DNA of 40,284 nucleotides from Guillardia theta CCMP2712. Its lineage: Eukaryota; Protista; Cryptophyta. The translations under genes and the position numbers were made by a program. The notes under the pieces were generated by a model. The model had not been told where the DNA came from. It did not search any database and worked only from the letters and a program-made list of their open reading frames with translations. The DNA lies in assembly GCF_000315625.1 (NCBI RefSeq), contig NW_005434426.1, positions 9,159-49,442 on the forward strand, read 5' to 3'. This document shows positions 25,316-36,850 of the stretch, piece after piece (the stretch's first letter is position 1; each line of letters starts with the position of its first letter).

Positions 25316-28300
25316 ATGAGAGATGCTGGTCGTGAGTATTCCTTGCAGGCTGCCTACCTCTTGCGCAACATGTCGGAGGAGAAGGGGGTGGACACGTTGA
25401 ACGCCAAGTCGATGCAGAGCAATGCTGATCACTTCGAGGAGCTCGCCATCGGTGTTTACCGGTTCGCTCTGCAAGAAGATCTCAACTTGGCTATCCAGGT
25501 GCGATGACGATGATGCAGACAATGAGAGGGGAAGCATGGTGGTGGCAACAACACTGATGATGATGGTGGTGGTGGTGGTGATGATGATGGCGATTGTGAT
25601 GAAGATGGTGATAATGATGATGATCATCGTCGTCGGCGTCGTCGTCGGCGTCATCATCATGATGCTGGTGCTGTGCTGGAGGTGGAGGTGTTGCTGGTGC
25701 GGAACATCACGACGATGACCATGACCATGACCACGACCACGACCATGACGATGCTGCAGGCGCTAGACAGTCCTCTGCGGATGTGGAGGGGCATGGCGCT
25801 GCTGGACCTGGCGGTCATGAGCAAGAGCGAGACGTTTGTAGAGAAGTGCTGCCAATCTTCCATCGAGAATCGCTTCTACGGCGACATGTCTCCCTATGAC
25901 AACAACTTCTGGCGGATCTGCCTTGGCGTTTTCCCCTGCTGCGGCCTGCTCGCCATGGCAAACTTCTTCGAGTTCAAGCTCCCTCCCACGTCAGTCGCTC
26001 CTCCCCCTCTCTCCCCTCTTTCTCCTCCTCCCCTCCTCCTTACACAAGCTTCCTCTTCCTTCCTCCTCTACTCCTCCTCGCCCTCTGCTCGTCCTCCTAC
26101 CGCTCGCTTCCTCTCCCTCTCCTTCACCTCCTCCACGCCCTCGCCTCCTCCTTCTGCTCGTTCTGCCAACACAACTTGTTTTGCCCTACCCTCTCTTTCG
26201 GGTCCTCTTCCTAGAATCTCCTTTCACCATTATCACCACCGCCCACTCGCAACCTCCTCCTCATCTTTCCTTTGTTCTTTCCTAGCAACTTGTCGTCACA
26301 CTGCTTACTCATTCGCAGGAGCGAAGTCCTCCGATCCGCCACTCAACGAAGGAAGGTGCAGATGAAACCTGCACTCCTCTCACCCTCAATCAACAAGCTT
26401 CTGCTCTTTACTCCCTCCCTCCTTCCCTCCCTCCCGCCTCGCCTGCTCTCTGTCTCACCCGCTCCTCCTGTTCAGGCGCCCGACGGGTTTCCTTACGAAC
26501 CTCGCAAGAACGACGTGTTGCTGGCGGTACTGCAGAGGAAAGCGCATGGGCTTGACATGAAACTGCGCAGACTGGAGCAGGTGAGAGGAGAGGAAGAGAG
26601 AAGTGCAGGGAACAGAAAAGAAGGGGAGGACGGACCGGAGTGGGGAGGGGGAAGAGGAGAGGCGAGGCGAGGCGAGCGGGGAGGAGAGGAGAGGAGGGGA
26701 GGGGAGGGGAGGGGAGGGGATGGGAAGGGAAGGGATGGGAGGAGAGGGGAGGAGAGGGGAGTGGTCAGGTATGACGATTGTAAGTATATGCATGCAGAGG
26801 GTAGATGCTGGAGACACAGTGCCAGAGCCCGAGCTCAAAGAGCTTTGGATGAAAACTTTCTCTCCTTTTCAGAAATTCGGTCTGATTTCTCCCTCCCACC
26901 TCAAAATTCTCCTATCGACCCTTCCCTCCTCCTCCTCCTCCTCCTCCTCCGCCTCCTCCTCCTCCTCCTCCTCCTCCTCCTTCTCCTCCTCCTCCTCCTC
27001 CTTCTCCTCCGCCTCCTTCTCCTCTTCCTCCTTCTCAACCCAATTACTCCGCTGCCTCCTCTTCGCAATCCCCCTTCCCTCTGCTTTCTCCTCCTCTGGT
27101 TGCTCTCTAACATGCTTTCTGTCAGTTTGCTTCTGGGCGGCTCCTATCGTCCTTTACCTGGCCAACGCCATGCAGTCAATTGCCGTCACCATCGCCTTCA
27201 CATTGTCTTTCATGCCCAACACCCTTGTCGACAACTCAGTCATCATCTTGTACAACTCCGACAAGATACATCAGATCGAATGGGTCCTCGTTGTGTGAGT
27301 ACTCCTCCATTCACGCTCCTCCTCCCTCCAGCGCATCACCCATCCTTCTCCTGCACCACCACCACCACCACCTCCTCCTCCTCAACCCCTCCCTCCTCCT
27401 GCTCACCCTCCCCTTCACCCTCACTCTTTCGCAGATACTTTATCTCTTCCCTTTTCCGCGAGGTCATGCAGATGGCTATCGCTGGTTACCGCGATTACCT
27501 AATGGACGTCTGGTGAGAGAGGAAGGGAGAGAGGAAGGGAGAGAGGAAGGGAGAGAGGCAGGGAGGGGAGAGGAGGTAGGGAAGGAGGGGAGAGGAGGGA
27601 GGGAGGAAGGGGAGGGAGGGAGGAAGAGGAGGGAGGGAGGAAGAGGAGGGAGGGAGTTCACATCTTACCCTCACAAGGAACATCTTTGACCTCGGCGCCA
27701 TGATCTCTTTCGCCTTGGGCTTCGCCCTCCACTTTGAGTGCATCTCCACCCACTGCAACAGCCTGGAGTTCAGCTCGGCCATGTCAGTCTTGAACTCTCC
27801 ATCTTCATCCTCCTCCTCCTCCTCCTCCTGCTTCACCACCACCACCACCACCTCGTTCTCCTCCTCCTCCTCCCTCTGCTCCACCACCACCACCACCACC
27901 ACCATCTCCTCCTCCTTTTCCTTTCCCCTCCTCCTCCTCCCCTCCCCTTTGAAAATCGACCGCTCCAATCCCACCCGCTCNNNNNNNNNNNNNNNNNNNN
28001 NNNNNNNNNNNNNNNNNNNNNNNNNNNNNNNNNNNNNNNNNNNNNNNNNNNNNNNNNNNNNNNNNNNNNNNNNNNNNNNNNNNNNNNNNNNNNNNNNNNN
28101 NNNNNNNNNNNNNNNNNNNNNNNNNNNNNNNNNNNNNNNNNNNNNNNNNNNNNNNNNNNNNNNNNNNNNNNNNNNNNNNNNNNNNNNNNNNNNNNNNNNN
28201 NNNNNNNNNNNNNNNNNNNNNNNNNNNNNNNNNNNNNNNNNNNNNNNNNNNNNNNNNNNNNNNNNNNNNNNNNNNNNNNNNNNNNNNNNNNNNNNNNNNN

Positions 28301-29387
28301 NNNNNNNNNNNNNNNNNNNNNNNNNNNNNNNNNNNNNNNNNNNNNNNNNNNNNNNNNNNNNNNNNNNNNNNNNNNNNNNNNNNNNNGAAATCAAGCAGCA
28401 ATCCGACAGGCAGTGGCTGATAGATCTCTATCAAGTGACAAGGGAATTCACTAGGTGCTGTCCCTTCTCCTGTCCTCCTCACCTCCCCGTCTCCACTCCT
28501 CCCTTCCCCCCTCCTCCACTCTCCCGCTCTCCTCCTCTTCCTCTCCCCCCCTCTCTCCTCGCAACGTCACTCGTCATGCTCAGGATTGCGATCGTCATCC
28601 CCGCGCCCTTCAACGTCTTCTCCATCATCATCTCACTTGCTACATTCTTGTACCATCGCCTGACTTACCTCAAGGTCCTCCTCTCTCCCTCTCCTTCCCG
28701 ACCCTCCTCCTCTCCTCCCCTCCTTCCCCTCCTTCTTCCTCTTCTTTCTGACCCTCCGTCCCTCCCCATCCCCGCCTCAATCCTCCCTCCCCTCCTCCCC
28801 TCCTCCCCTCCCTCTCCCGCCTCTCTCCCTCTCCTTCCCGACCCTCCTCCCCCCGCCCCTCCTCCTCCTCCCCTCCTCCCCCTGACTTTCTCACAGAAGT
28901 ATCCCGGTTACAACACCTCCCTCCTCCTCGACCTCCACTTCTCCCACAGCAAGCAAACTTCCCTCGGCACCAAGACGCAGGACAAACAGATCACCTCGCA
29001 GGAGCGCAAGTCCCTGCTTCGCATCAGCGCCTTCATGGAGCACGTCAGAAGCATGTTCCTCGAAGAGCAGCGCGTCAACGACCATGTCGGCCGAAAGCTC
29101 GACCAGCTCTCGAAGCTGCTTCGCTTCCAGCATGAGGAGGTCACCCGCCATGATCGCCTCATCGCCAAGTCGATGGAAAAGATCGAAAGTCTCATATCCT
29201 CAAACCACTCTGCTTCCTCCTCCTCCCCCCCTCCTCCTCCTTCCCCTCCTCCTCTTTACCCCCCCCTTCCTCCCAACCACGCGCTGTCGACGAGCAGCTT
29301 GCAAGGCTCGCCGAGATGTACAACAATCGCCTCCTTTCTGCCGATGAGTTCGTAGCCGCCAAGGCTCTGGTGCTGAGAGGGAGCTGA
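21550..29387 (+). CDS. TRPM-like cation channel (SLOG/MHR1-4, TM domain partly in the N gap, coiled coil, probable C-terminal SHOCT); start approximate
   Basis: N-terminal SLOG/MHR motifs: WGIRKPDVVISVTGG; FVTGGTNAGIMKYVGEA; LLGIATFG; NHTHFIFADDG; FGRETQLRADIE; PIVSVCVQGG; ILVRGSGKAADLLA. MHR4-like motifs: DLFLWNVLMNRREMSEFFWQ; FEELAIGV; LLDLAV. TM segments: FWAAPIVLY; YLMDVWNIFD. Post-TRP motif: IPAPFNVF. Confidence 0.93.
27981..28386. other. Assembly gap (N run) hiding most of the TRPM S4-S6/pore exons; other gaps at 556-655 and 12904-13003
   Basis: N characters. Confidence 1.
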
Positions 29388-29412
29388 AGGGACTTGAACA
29401 CTTAAGACTAGA

Positions 29413-29582
29413 CCTACACATTTACACTTGAACTACACACTTACACTTGAATCTACACGCTTACACTTGAACCTACACGCTTACACTTGAACCTACACGC
29501 TTACACTTGAATCTACACGCTTACACTTGAACCCACACGCTTACACTTGAATCTACACGCTTACACTTGAATCTACACGCTA
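29413..29582. repeat. 20-bp minisatellite TTACACTTGAA(C/T)CTACACGC, ~8 copies
   Basis: Tandem units with no spacers, between the TRPM stop and the next gene's ATG. Confidence 0.95.
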
Positions 29583-29713
29583 CCGCACTTGGTCGCGGGC
29601 AGCCAGACTGCAAGAAATCCTGGAAAACTCATTTAAATGATTTAAAGGGATCGCTAGCAATTTCACTTGTTCCTTGTACGGGACACGAAACCGGTCGTAA
29701 GCAGGCCGTCACC

Positions 29714-32121
29714 ATGCGCGTGCAGCGGGAGGCAGGAAGGATATGCAGGAGCGCGCGGCGCATTGTGACTCCTTCCTCCCTCCTCCCTCCTCCTCATCTC
29801 AGAACAACCGTTTCGCATCGAGATGTTCCCGCACTCAGGATCCCATCTCCTCAGTGCGTTGGTCCTTCCTCCCTTCTCCTAGGACGGGCTTCCTATGCTT
29901 CCGAGGGCCTGTCGTCTGCTCCTCCCTCCTCTCTTCATCATCCCTTCTCCCCCCCGTGCTCCAGTTCTTATTCATCGCCCGATGCTTCCACTTTCTTGCA
30001 GTACAAGGCTGGTGCAGCTCTGCAGTTGCCATCTCTTCCTCCCGCTACTCCTCCCAACAGCAGCCGTATCGCAAGGATCGCTTGCAAGAGAACGATGGTC
30101 AACTTTCTGAGGAGCGCACCAACCTTCATGACAGGACCAACAACCCAAGAGAACGCTGAGTTCATCAGGACCACAGACAACTCCTCTACTCTGATTGCCT
30201 ACTGCCTCAAGAACATCAAGGGCTTCAGCTACCAGAACGTCATCAGCGCCATGCACAGGCTCGCGGTCTTGACGCGGGCAAGCAGGAAGCATCTGAAGCC
30301 GCGGAGGACCCAGCTCAAGGTAGTCGGGCACACGGGACTCAAGGATAGCGCAAGGGCAGCCATAGAGTCCGAGACCTTCTGGCTCGAGAAAGCCCTTGAG
30401 GCTCTGCTGCGTCGGGGAATCTTACAAGTGCGAAGGATGAACGGGTTCGCTGTGGTGAGGTTCCTGTGGTCTCTTGCGACCCTCAGGCACCTGCCTGAGC
30501 AAAACGATCTCCTCCTCCTCCTCGATCACGCGCAGTCAACGATCCCCGAGCTAAACCCTGTCTCGCTGGGTTTGCTGTATTGGTCGTGTGCCGTGCTTGA
30601 GGTCCCTTTGGAGGGAGAGTTGAGGTACAAGCTGGATGATGGGACGATGAAGAACCTGCCTCTCCTCACCCCCCAGTGCATCTCTATGATTCTGTGGTCA
30701 TACTCCAAGCAGAGAAAGGCGCTTGACACTGAGCTGTATCAAGAGCTTTGTAAACAGGCGATTCGACTGATGGAGCAGTTCAAGCAGGAGGAGTTCAACA
30801 TGCTCCTGCTAGCCTTGAAGCAGCTCAGGTATCCCCTCAGCCGAGAGATGAAGGGAGCCATCACAGAGCATATCAAGTTGCTCCTCCCCTCCATGCACCA
30901 GGGCACCTTCGTGTCCGTCCTTGACAACCTGGTCAGGAGCAAAGAGAGTTGGGGCGAGGAGCTGCCAGCGATATTGAGCGAGTACGTGTACAAGAACGAG
31001 TCTGTGATCAACGTGGACAGCCTTGTGAACATCCTGTGGAACTTTAGCCAGTGGCAAGTGAAGCCTGACGACCAACTTATTGAGGTGATCTCGCTGAAAT
31101 TGGCAAGAAAACCTCTGTGGAGCACGCCCAGGTGTGATACATACTTCGTCCGTCTGCTCGCTGCGTTTTCGAACCTCAACATTCATCCTCCCCCGTCCTC
31201 CAGCGAACTCTGTCGCAGCTCTCTCCCGTCATGATACCGAGGTTTGACGGGTGGAAGGTCAGCGCCTACCTCCTTGCCCACTTCAAGCTGCAGCTCAAGA
31301 TCGACGAGCAAGACATCGTGTTGATCATGGCGCAAGTGCGGAACATCACCAAGGGCATGGAGGCAAACGAGATCGGCAGCGTCCTGACTGCCATGTCCAA
31401 GCTTGAGCTGAGGCCTCCCGAAGACGTGCACGACAAAATGATGAAGCGGCTGGCGGAGGGCATCAACTACCTGGACGTCAAGTACCTCCACGACATCCTC
31501 CGCAGCCATGCCATGCTCGGCCTGACTGTCACCGAGAAGATCCTGGAGTGCCTCACCCTCCGCGCGCAGAACCTTGCCTCCACCTTCAGCTCCTTCGAGC
31601 TCTCGTTCCTGCTCTGGTCCCTCCAGGTCCTGATGTTGCAACCCCCTGCTTACGTCATAGAGGGTTTCATCAATCGTTCAAAGGAGATTGCGCCCAGGCT
31701 GGACGAAGAGCAAGTCGAGATGATCAGGTTCTTGGTGCCTCCGCCTCTCGTTCCCCTCCTCCCTGTCCCGGCCCCTTCTGCCCCCCTTCCCCTTCCTCCC
31801 TCCTCCTTGGTCCTGCCCCTCCCATCCATTCAGCGCCACAGGCGTGCCTCCTCCATTTTCTGCTGACTCCTCTCCTCAGGGAAGTGCTTGAGACTTGGGG
31901 ACGACCAGGTTGACTGTGCGAGGGAGGAGGCAGGGTCTGACCCAAGCTGCAGGAGAGATTGAAGCGATCTTGTCGGCTCGCACGAGCATGCTGCCAGAGC
32001 GCGAGAACGAGCTGGAGAGCGAGGAGGAGGAGACGGCCTACGGTGAGAAGAGGTGGAGTGTGCAATGCGGCTGATAACGCGTGCGATTTCAGATCATCAG
32101 GATTACGATGCTTCCCGATAG
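29714..32121 (+). CDS. Helical-repeat (OPR/HPR/FAST-like) putative organellar RNA-binding protein; apparent frameshift at ~31190
   Basis: R/S/P-rich presequence-like N-terminus. About ten repeats of ~37-38 aa, e.g. MNGFAVVRFLWSLATL, LNPVSLGLLYWSCAVL, LTPQCISMILWSYSK, INVDSLVNILWNFSQW, MEANEIGSVLTAMSKL, FSSFELSFLLWSLQVL. Short 3' exons end DHQDYDASR with TAG at 32119-32121. Confidence 0.75.
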
Positions 32122-32362
32122 TGAGGATGCAGAGATACAAGCGTTAGTGCGAGCACAAGGATTGTGCTAGACTTGTCGCCTCGTCTCGCCATGCTGACCA
32201 TCAGCAGAGGAGGAGAAGTGTCCACAGACAGGAAGAGCACGGGACAGACGCCCCCGCCCATTCCCTTCCTCTTACACCTGCTTGCTCTGATTCTTGGGCA
32301 GCCCGGCTATGAATGTTGCCATGGAGATTTAGAGGATATGCCGGAGTGAATATCACGAAGTC

Positions 32363-32699
32363 TCATTCCATTGCGGAGGAACGTCTCAACGGTTGCTTGT
32401 TCTTGTCGTTTTCTTGTAAATTTTGTTGCTGCTGCTCTAGGCAGGGACGTACCCTCTCCCCCCCCTCCTGCTGCTGCCGCTGCCTCACCATCTTCTGTTT
32501 TCGCTTTCTTGGAGAACCCCATGACCATCTCGTACCGGATGCCGCCTGTGGCAGCAGTCAGCCTCCCAGGGAGGTTGGAGGATCAAACGATAGCGCAGGT
32601 AGAGCAGGGCGAGTACAAGAGAAAGGGAGGGGACGTTGCGGTGCAAGAGGACAAGGAGGAGAAAAAGGCTGCTGCTGCTGCTGATGCTGATGCTGATGC

Positions 32700-32757
<58 letters not shown>

Positions 32758-34527
32758 CAGACAGAAGGCAAGTAAGGTGGACAGTAGATTGATGTCATGA
32801 AGGCAGGAGCGGAATCGAGGGGACCCAAGGTGGAAACAAAACAAGAAGGGAGGAAGGGGAAGAAGGGGGGAGGAAGAGAAGAGGAAGGGAAGAGGTAGGG
32901 GGGAGGGGAGAAAGAGCGGAGAGGTCGAACCTCCAGCTGACACCAGACAATCGAACAGAAGCGCGATGGCCAGCCCCTTGAAGAGAGCCTGACAGCACGA
33001 GCGTCACCCTACACGCAGCTCGAAGGAGGAAGCAGCCACGACCTGCGGGCCCTCTCGCCCTACGATCCCCTTGGCAACTTTCATGATGCTCTGCGAGGTC
33101 AAGGGTGTCAGACAGCTGACATTATCGCCCTCGCTCCTTCACCTGGCCCTTGAGATGAGGATCGCACTGGATCCTAGTCTTCACTACATCTGTATTCGCT
33201 CAAGTCACTTTCCTCCCCCCCCCTCCCCCCTCCCTCCCATCTACATCTTCCCTCCTTTCTTGGAATCCCTTCTTACCTCCTCCCTCCCTCCCTCCCTCCC
33301 TCCCCCCCTCCTCTGATCCCCCCCTTTCATCCTTTCCTCACCGATGGGGTTGCAGACAGCAGCGGCGATGAAGCCAGCTGTCATACCAGCTGCCATGTGA
33401 ACAGGCGGTCCTGCTCCTTGTCTTAGCATCCTGCCTTACCAATTTCCCTCTCCCCCCCCCACCTCCCTTATACTCCCTTTCCTTCTCTCGCTTCCTTCCC
33501 TGTCTCTCTCCACTTTTCAGCCCCCTCCCGCCCCCCCCTTCCTTCTTCCTCCTCCTTGTCTTGCCTGAAATGTCCCAGGGCTGTCCCAGCCTCCCGAGAA
33601 TCACTTTACCCATCTCGTAACTTGCCCACCTGCTTGCTCCTTGAGCTCGTTCGTACAGGAGAGGAGAGAGGAGGAGGAGAGAGGAGGACGAGGACGAAGA
33701 GCGGCAATGATGAAGACGACGACAAGGAGGATGGGGAGTAGAATTGAGGACATAAAGGGCAACCAGGTGGCCGACCAAGGGACATAAGTCAGCAAGTGCG
33801 CACTTGTTCCTGCTTTGATAGTTACCAACACAAAGAGATTGAAAGGAAAGAGAACGAGAAGGAAAGGACAAGGGGATGGGAAGAGAGGACAGTGGGAGCG
33901 AAGGGAGAGGAGATATGTGGCGTCACCTTTGTACAGAGCAAGAAAACCTTCTTGGGAGAGAATCGACTTCAAGCAAGCATACCCTCGTGATGGCTGGGGT
34001 GAAGTATGTCACATGATACCATCACCATCAATCCAACGAGGGCGATCAGTGAGGCGAATAGAACATCTGCTGTTGGAAGGACCATCTGCTGTTGGAAGGA
34101 CGCGGAGTATCTGCCTTACCGTCGAGAGACTTCTGGTGAAAGGGAGCGCAGCATGCTGCATCTGCCTCAAGCATCAGCATGGTATACAGGCAGGAGCCAA
34201 AACTGACTTGGACCCGTTGCGTTATGACATCGTGCGGGACTTCAAAGATGGTGCAGATAGTCTGCCAGCAACGATCAGATTGCCGAATTCGACAATCCTT
34301 ACGACATACTTCCGAAGCCATGGCCGCGATCAAGGGAGCGAAAGGAGAACCCTCGTCGACCTAGAGTCACGACACAACGGGTCAGATGATACCGATCCTC
34401 TCCCTTTGTGTGCCCTCTTACCTTCCCCGTCCTCTTCTCAATCATCTCCTTGAACCACTGCAGGGGCGTCACAACCATGGCATAGCAAGGACGACAAGAG
34501 AGTAGGCCAAAGGGAGGAGGAGCAAGA

Positions 34528-34579
<52 letters not shown>

Positions 34580-35380
34580 GGAGGAGGAGGAGGAGGAACA
34601 ACCTGGTAGGTGCAGAGATAAAGAGCATTGCTTGGGATCTACACGACGATCTCAGTCTCCACACTCTCTCCTCCCCTCTGCTCTACAAACGCGCGCCCTC
34701 CATCTCTGATTCTCCTCCACCTTCCCATCGCCCCTCAAGTGCAACAGCGCACGCACTTCCATCCTCTCCGCCTCCTTCAACCACCTGTGCTGTTGCACTG
34801 AACAGACAACCGCGATAGAACCCCTTGACCCCGGAAATGACGCTTCCAGCAGTTTGCAGCGGAGTGCGGAGCTCTGACCCTCCCTTGGACCGCATCCTCC
34901 ACCCCTCCATCCAGGTTTTCTTTGTGACTACCCAAATCTGCAAGCTGTCAGATCAAGACCAACGGACGTTACAGGGATTGTCGTCGACATCATTGACATG
35001 CTTGTATCTTTCTTCTATCCACCAAACGACTCAACCTCCTCCTCCTCCTCCTTCTCATTCTCCTTCTCATTCTCCTTCTCCTTCTCCTCCAATTCCACTG
35101 AATTCTCCTTTCCAGCTTCACTCTGCCCATTGCTTCTTCTCCCTCTCCTCATCACGTTTGTTTCAGCCACCGCAGCACACGTTTACTTGCCTGATTCAGC
35201 AGCGACACTTTCTTCGACGGATCCATCTGCATTCTCGTTCGCAGAGTGTCAAGTGGGTACATGACGCCTGCTTCTAGTTAGGACTTGGAGTTGTACAATG
35301 GCCGGCACAAACATTTCTCGATGCAGGTGGCCAGGGAGTCCGCAACAACAACTTTCCACGGAGTGACCTTGTCATCAACT
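32363..35380 (-). CDS. Mitochondrial carrier family (SLC25) protein; the true start may lie further upstream
   Basis: Three carrier repeats with signatures: YPLDTLRTRMQ..GVKGFYRG..IPSNALYLCTYQWFK; VPHDVITQRVQ..ILSQEGFLALYKG..YVPWSATWWASYEMGK; AGFIAAAVCNPIDVVKTRIQ..GREGPQALFKGL..YEMVMGF. Confidence 0.92.
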
Positions 35381-35539
35381 CAGACGTAGACACCACCACA
35401 TCTCAATCATCACCTCACTCCAACGGATCACCTCAATCGGCTGGAAAGCAGCATCTCAGTATCATTAGACGATGAATCGGTTCGGGGAGGGGTCCATTAG
35501 GGAGGGAGAGCAAACATCAAGGCAGCCAGAGCAAAGATA

Positions 35540-36850
35540 CCTCTTCTTTATCCTTCTTCTTTCCTGCCGGGAATACAAACTCCTTCGGCTTCTTCTCAGG
35601 CTCGAAAAGATGAAAATTCGCACTGCGAGCTGAATATCAAGTCATCACAAGCAGTGAGCAGGAGGTGATCTCATCACCAGTGATGAAGTCCGTGATCAGA
35701 GCGCAAGGATTGATGTGCACGGTGGACTTCGGGGGATCGGTGGCCTCTTTCTTCCCGAAGAACGACAGGTTCGGACTGTGTGTCAAACGCCAAAAATCCC
35801 AGTCAGTACATCGTACTTCCAATTGAGCGGGTCATCATCCACTTCATACCTGTGCTGCTTCAGATCCAAGGAGCAGAATGACAAGTGCCATCCGCGTGCT
35901 TCCCTAGCAACTGACGTGCAAGTCAGGCAGCCAGCAGAGACACTGAGACGGTCTCACTGAAGGGAGTCCTGTGGGGAGCGGGATTGCCCTCGGCGATTCG
36001 CTCTGTCCCGACAAGATGGAGGAAGGCAAGCATGATCAACAAGCGCATGCTCCGTGCTGGGCTCCAACTGCAGAGCATCGAGCCCACGAAAATTACTGGC
36101 ATCTTGATGGTTGAGAGAGGATTGGATTCAGATCACAATTTCTGGTTGAGCACGATTAGCACACGCTGCTGCGGCCTCTGTCCTCATAGAGCTCTTTTTC
36201 CCCAGTCTCTCCCTCGCAAGGGGGCAGCATCCCACAGACGAGCTCAGCAATGTCGGTGAACCGTCTGCCTCATCATGTCAGGGAAAGCTCTGAAACAATT
36301 TCCAGGCAGAGGAACAATTTTGAACTTGTGAGGATCAAATGTGTTCCTGAGCTACATTTAACTTCAACCATGTTCTGACTTGATTCAACACTCCATCTCA
36401 CCCCAAAGAAACAAGACGAGCACCAAACAACAACTCTTCAATGACAGAAATCAACAAGAGAAGCCCTTGGATAGAACGCCGGCACCAACGACTGTCCAGT
36501 CGTAGTGTCGAGTGAAGCAAGAACACGAAGTATTCAGAGTAATCCTGCCCAACTCCATGGAAGATGCTATAAACAGGAGAGTGATGTCTCCACTCTAATC
36601 GAGCAGGCTATGTAATTCTACGTGCCGCTCTCAAAAACCTCTCCTCAAGTTCTTCTACCAGGTTCAAAATCTGCAGCCGTTGCTACAATGTATGCAAGCT
36701 TTCAGTCCAAACCAGGTACTCGTACGGCTCACTCGATAGAGTCTCCAGTGTTTGCTCCTTCTATGATCTCTTCCAACTCAAATATTCTTGAAGTATCTGC
36801 CTAAATCCTCACTCCTCCTATCTTCAATTCGTGGCTCCACATCATTCATT
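35540..36850 (-). CDS. Probable additional coding exons (separate hypothetical gene or long N-terminal extension of the carrier)
   Basis: Exon-like segments with splice sites: RIFELEEIIEGANTGDSI; QRLQILNLVEELEE; YEVDDDPLNW; PNLSFFGKKEATDPPKSTV; FEPEKKPKEFVFPAGKKKDKEE. The full model could not be assembled. Confidence 0.35.

Noticed and set aside
29413-29582. CRISPR- or telomere-like array
   Set aside because: Head-to-tail 20-mers without spacers, internal location, and no match to a telomere motif I recognise.
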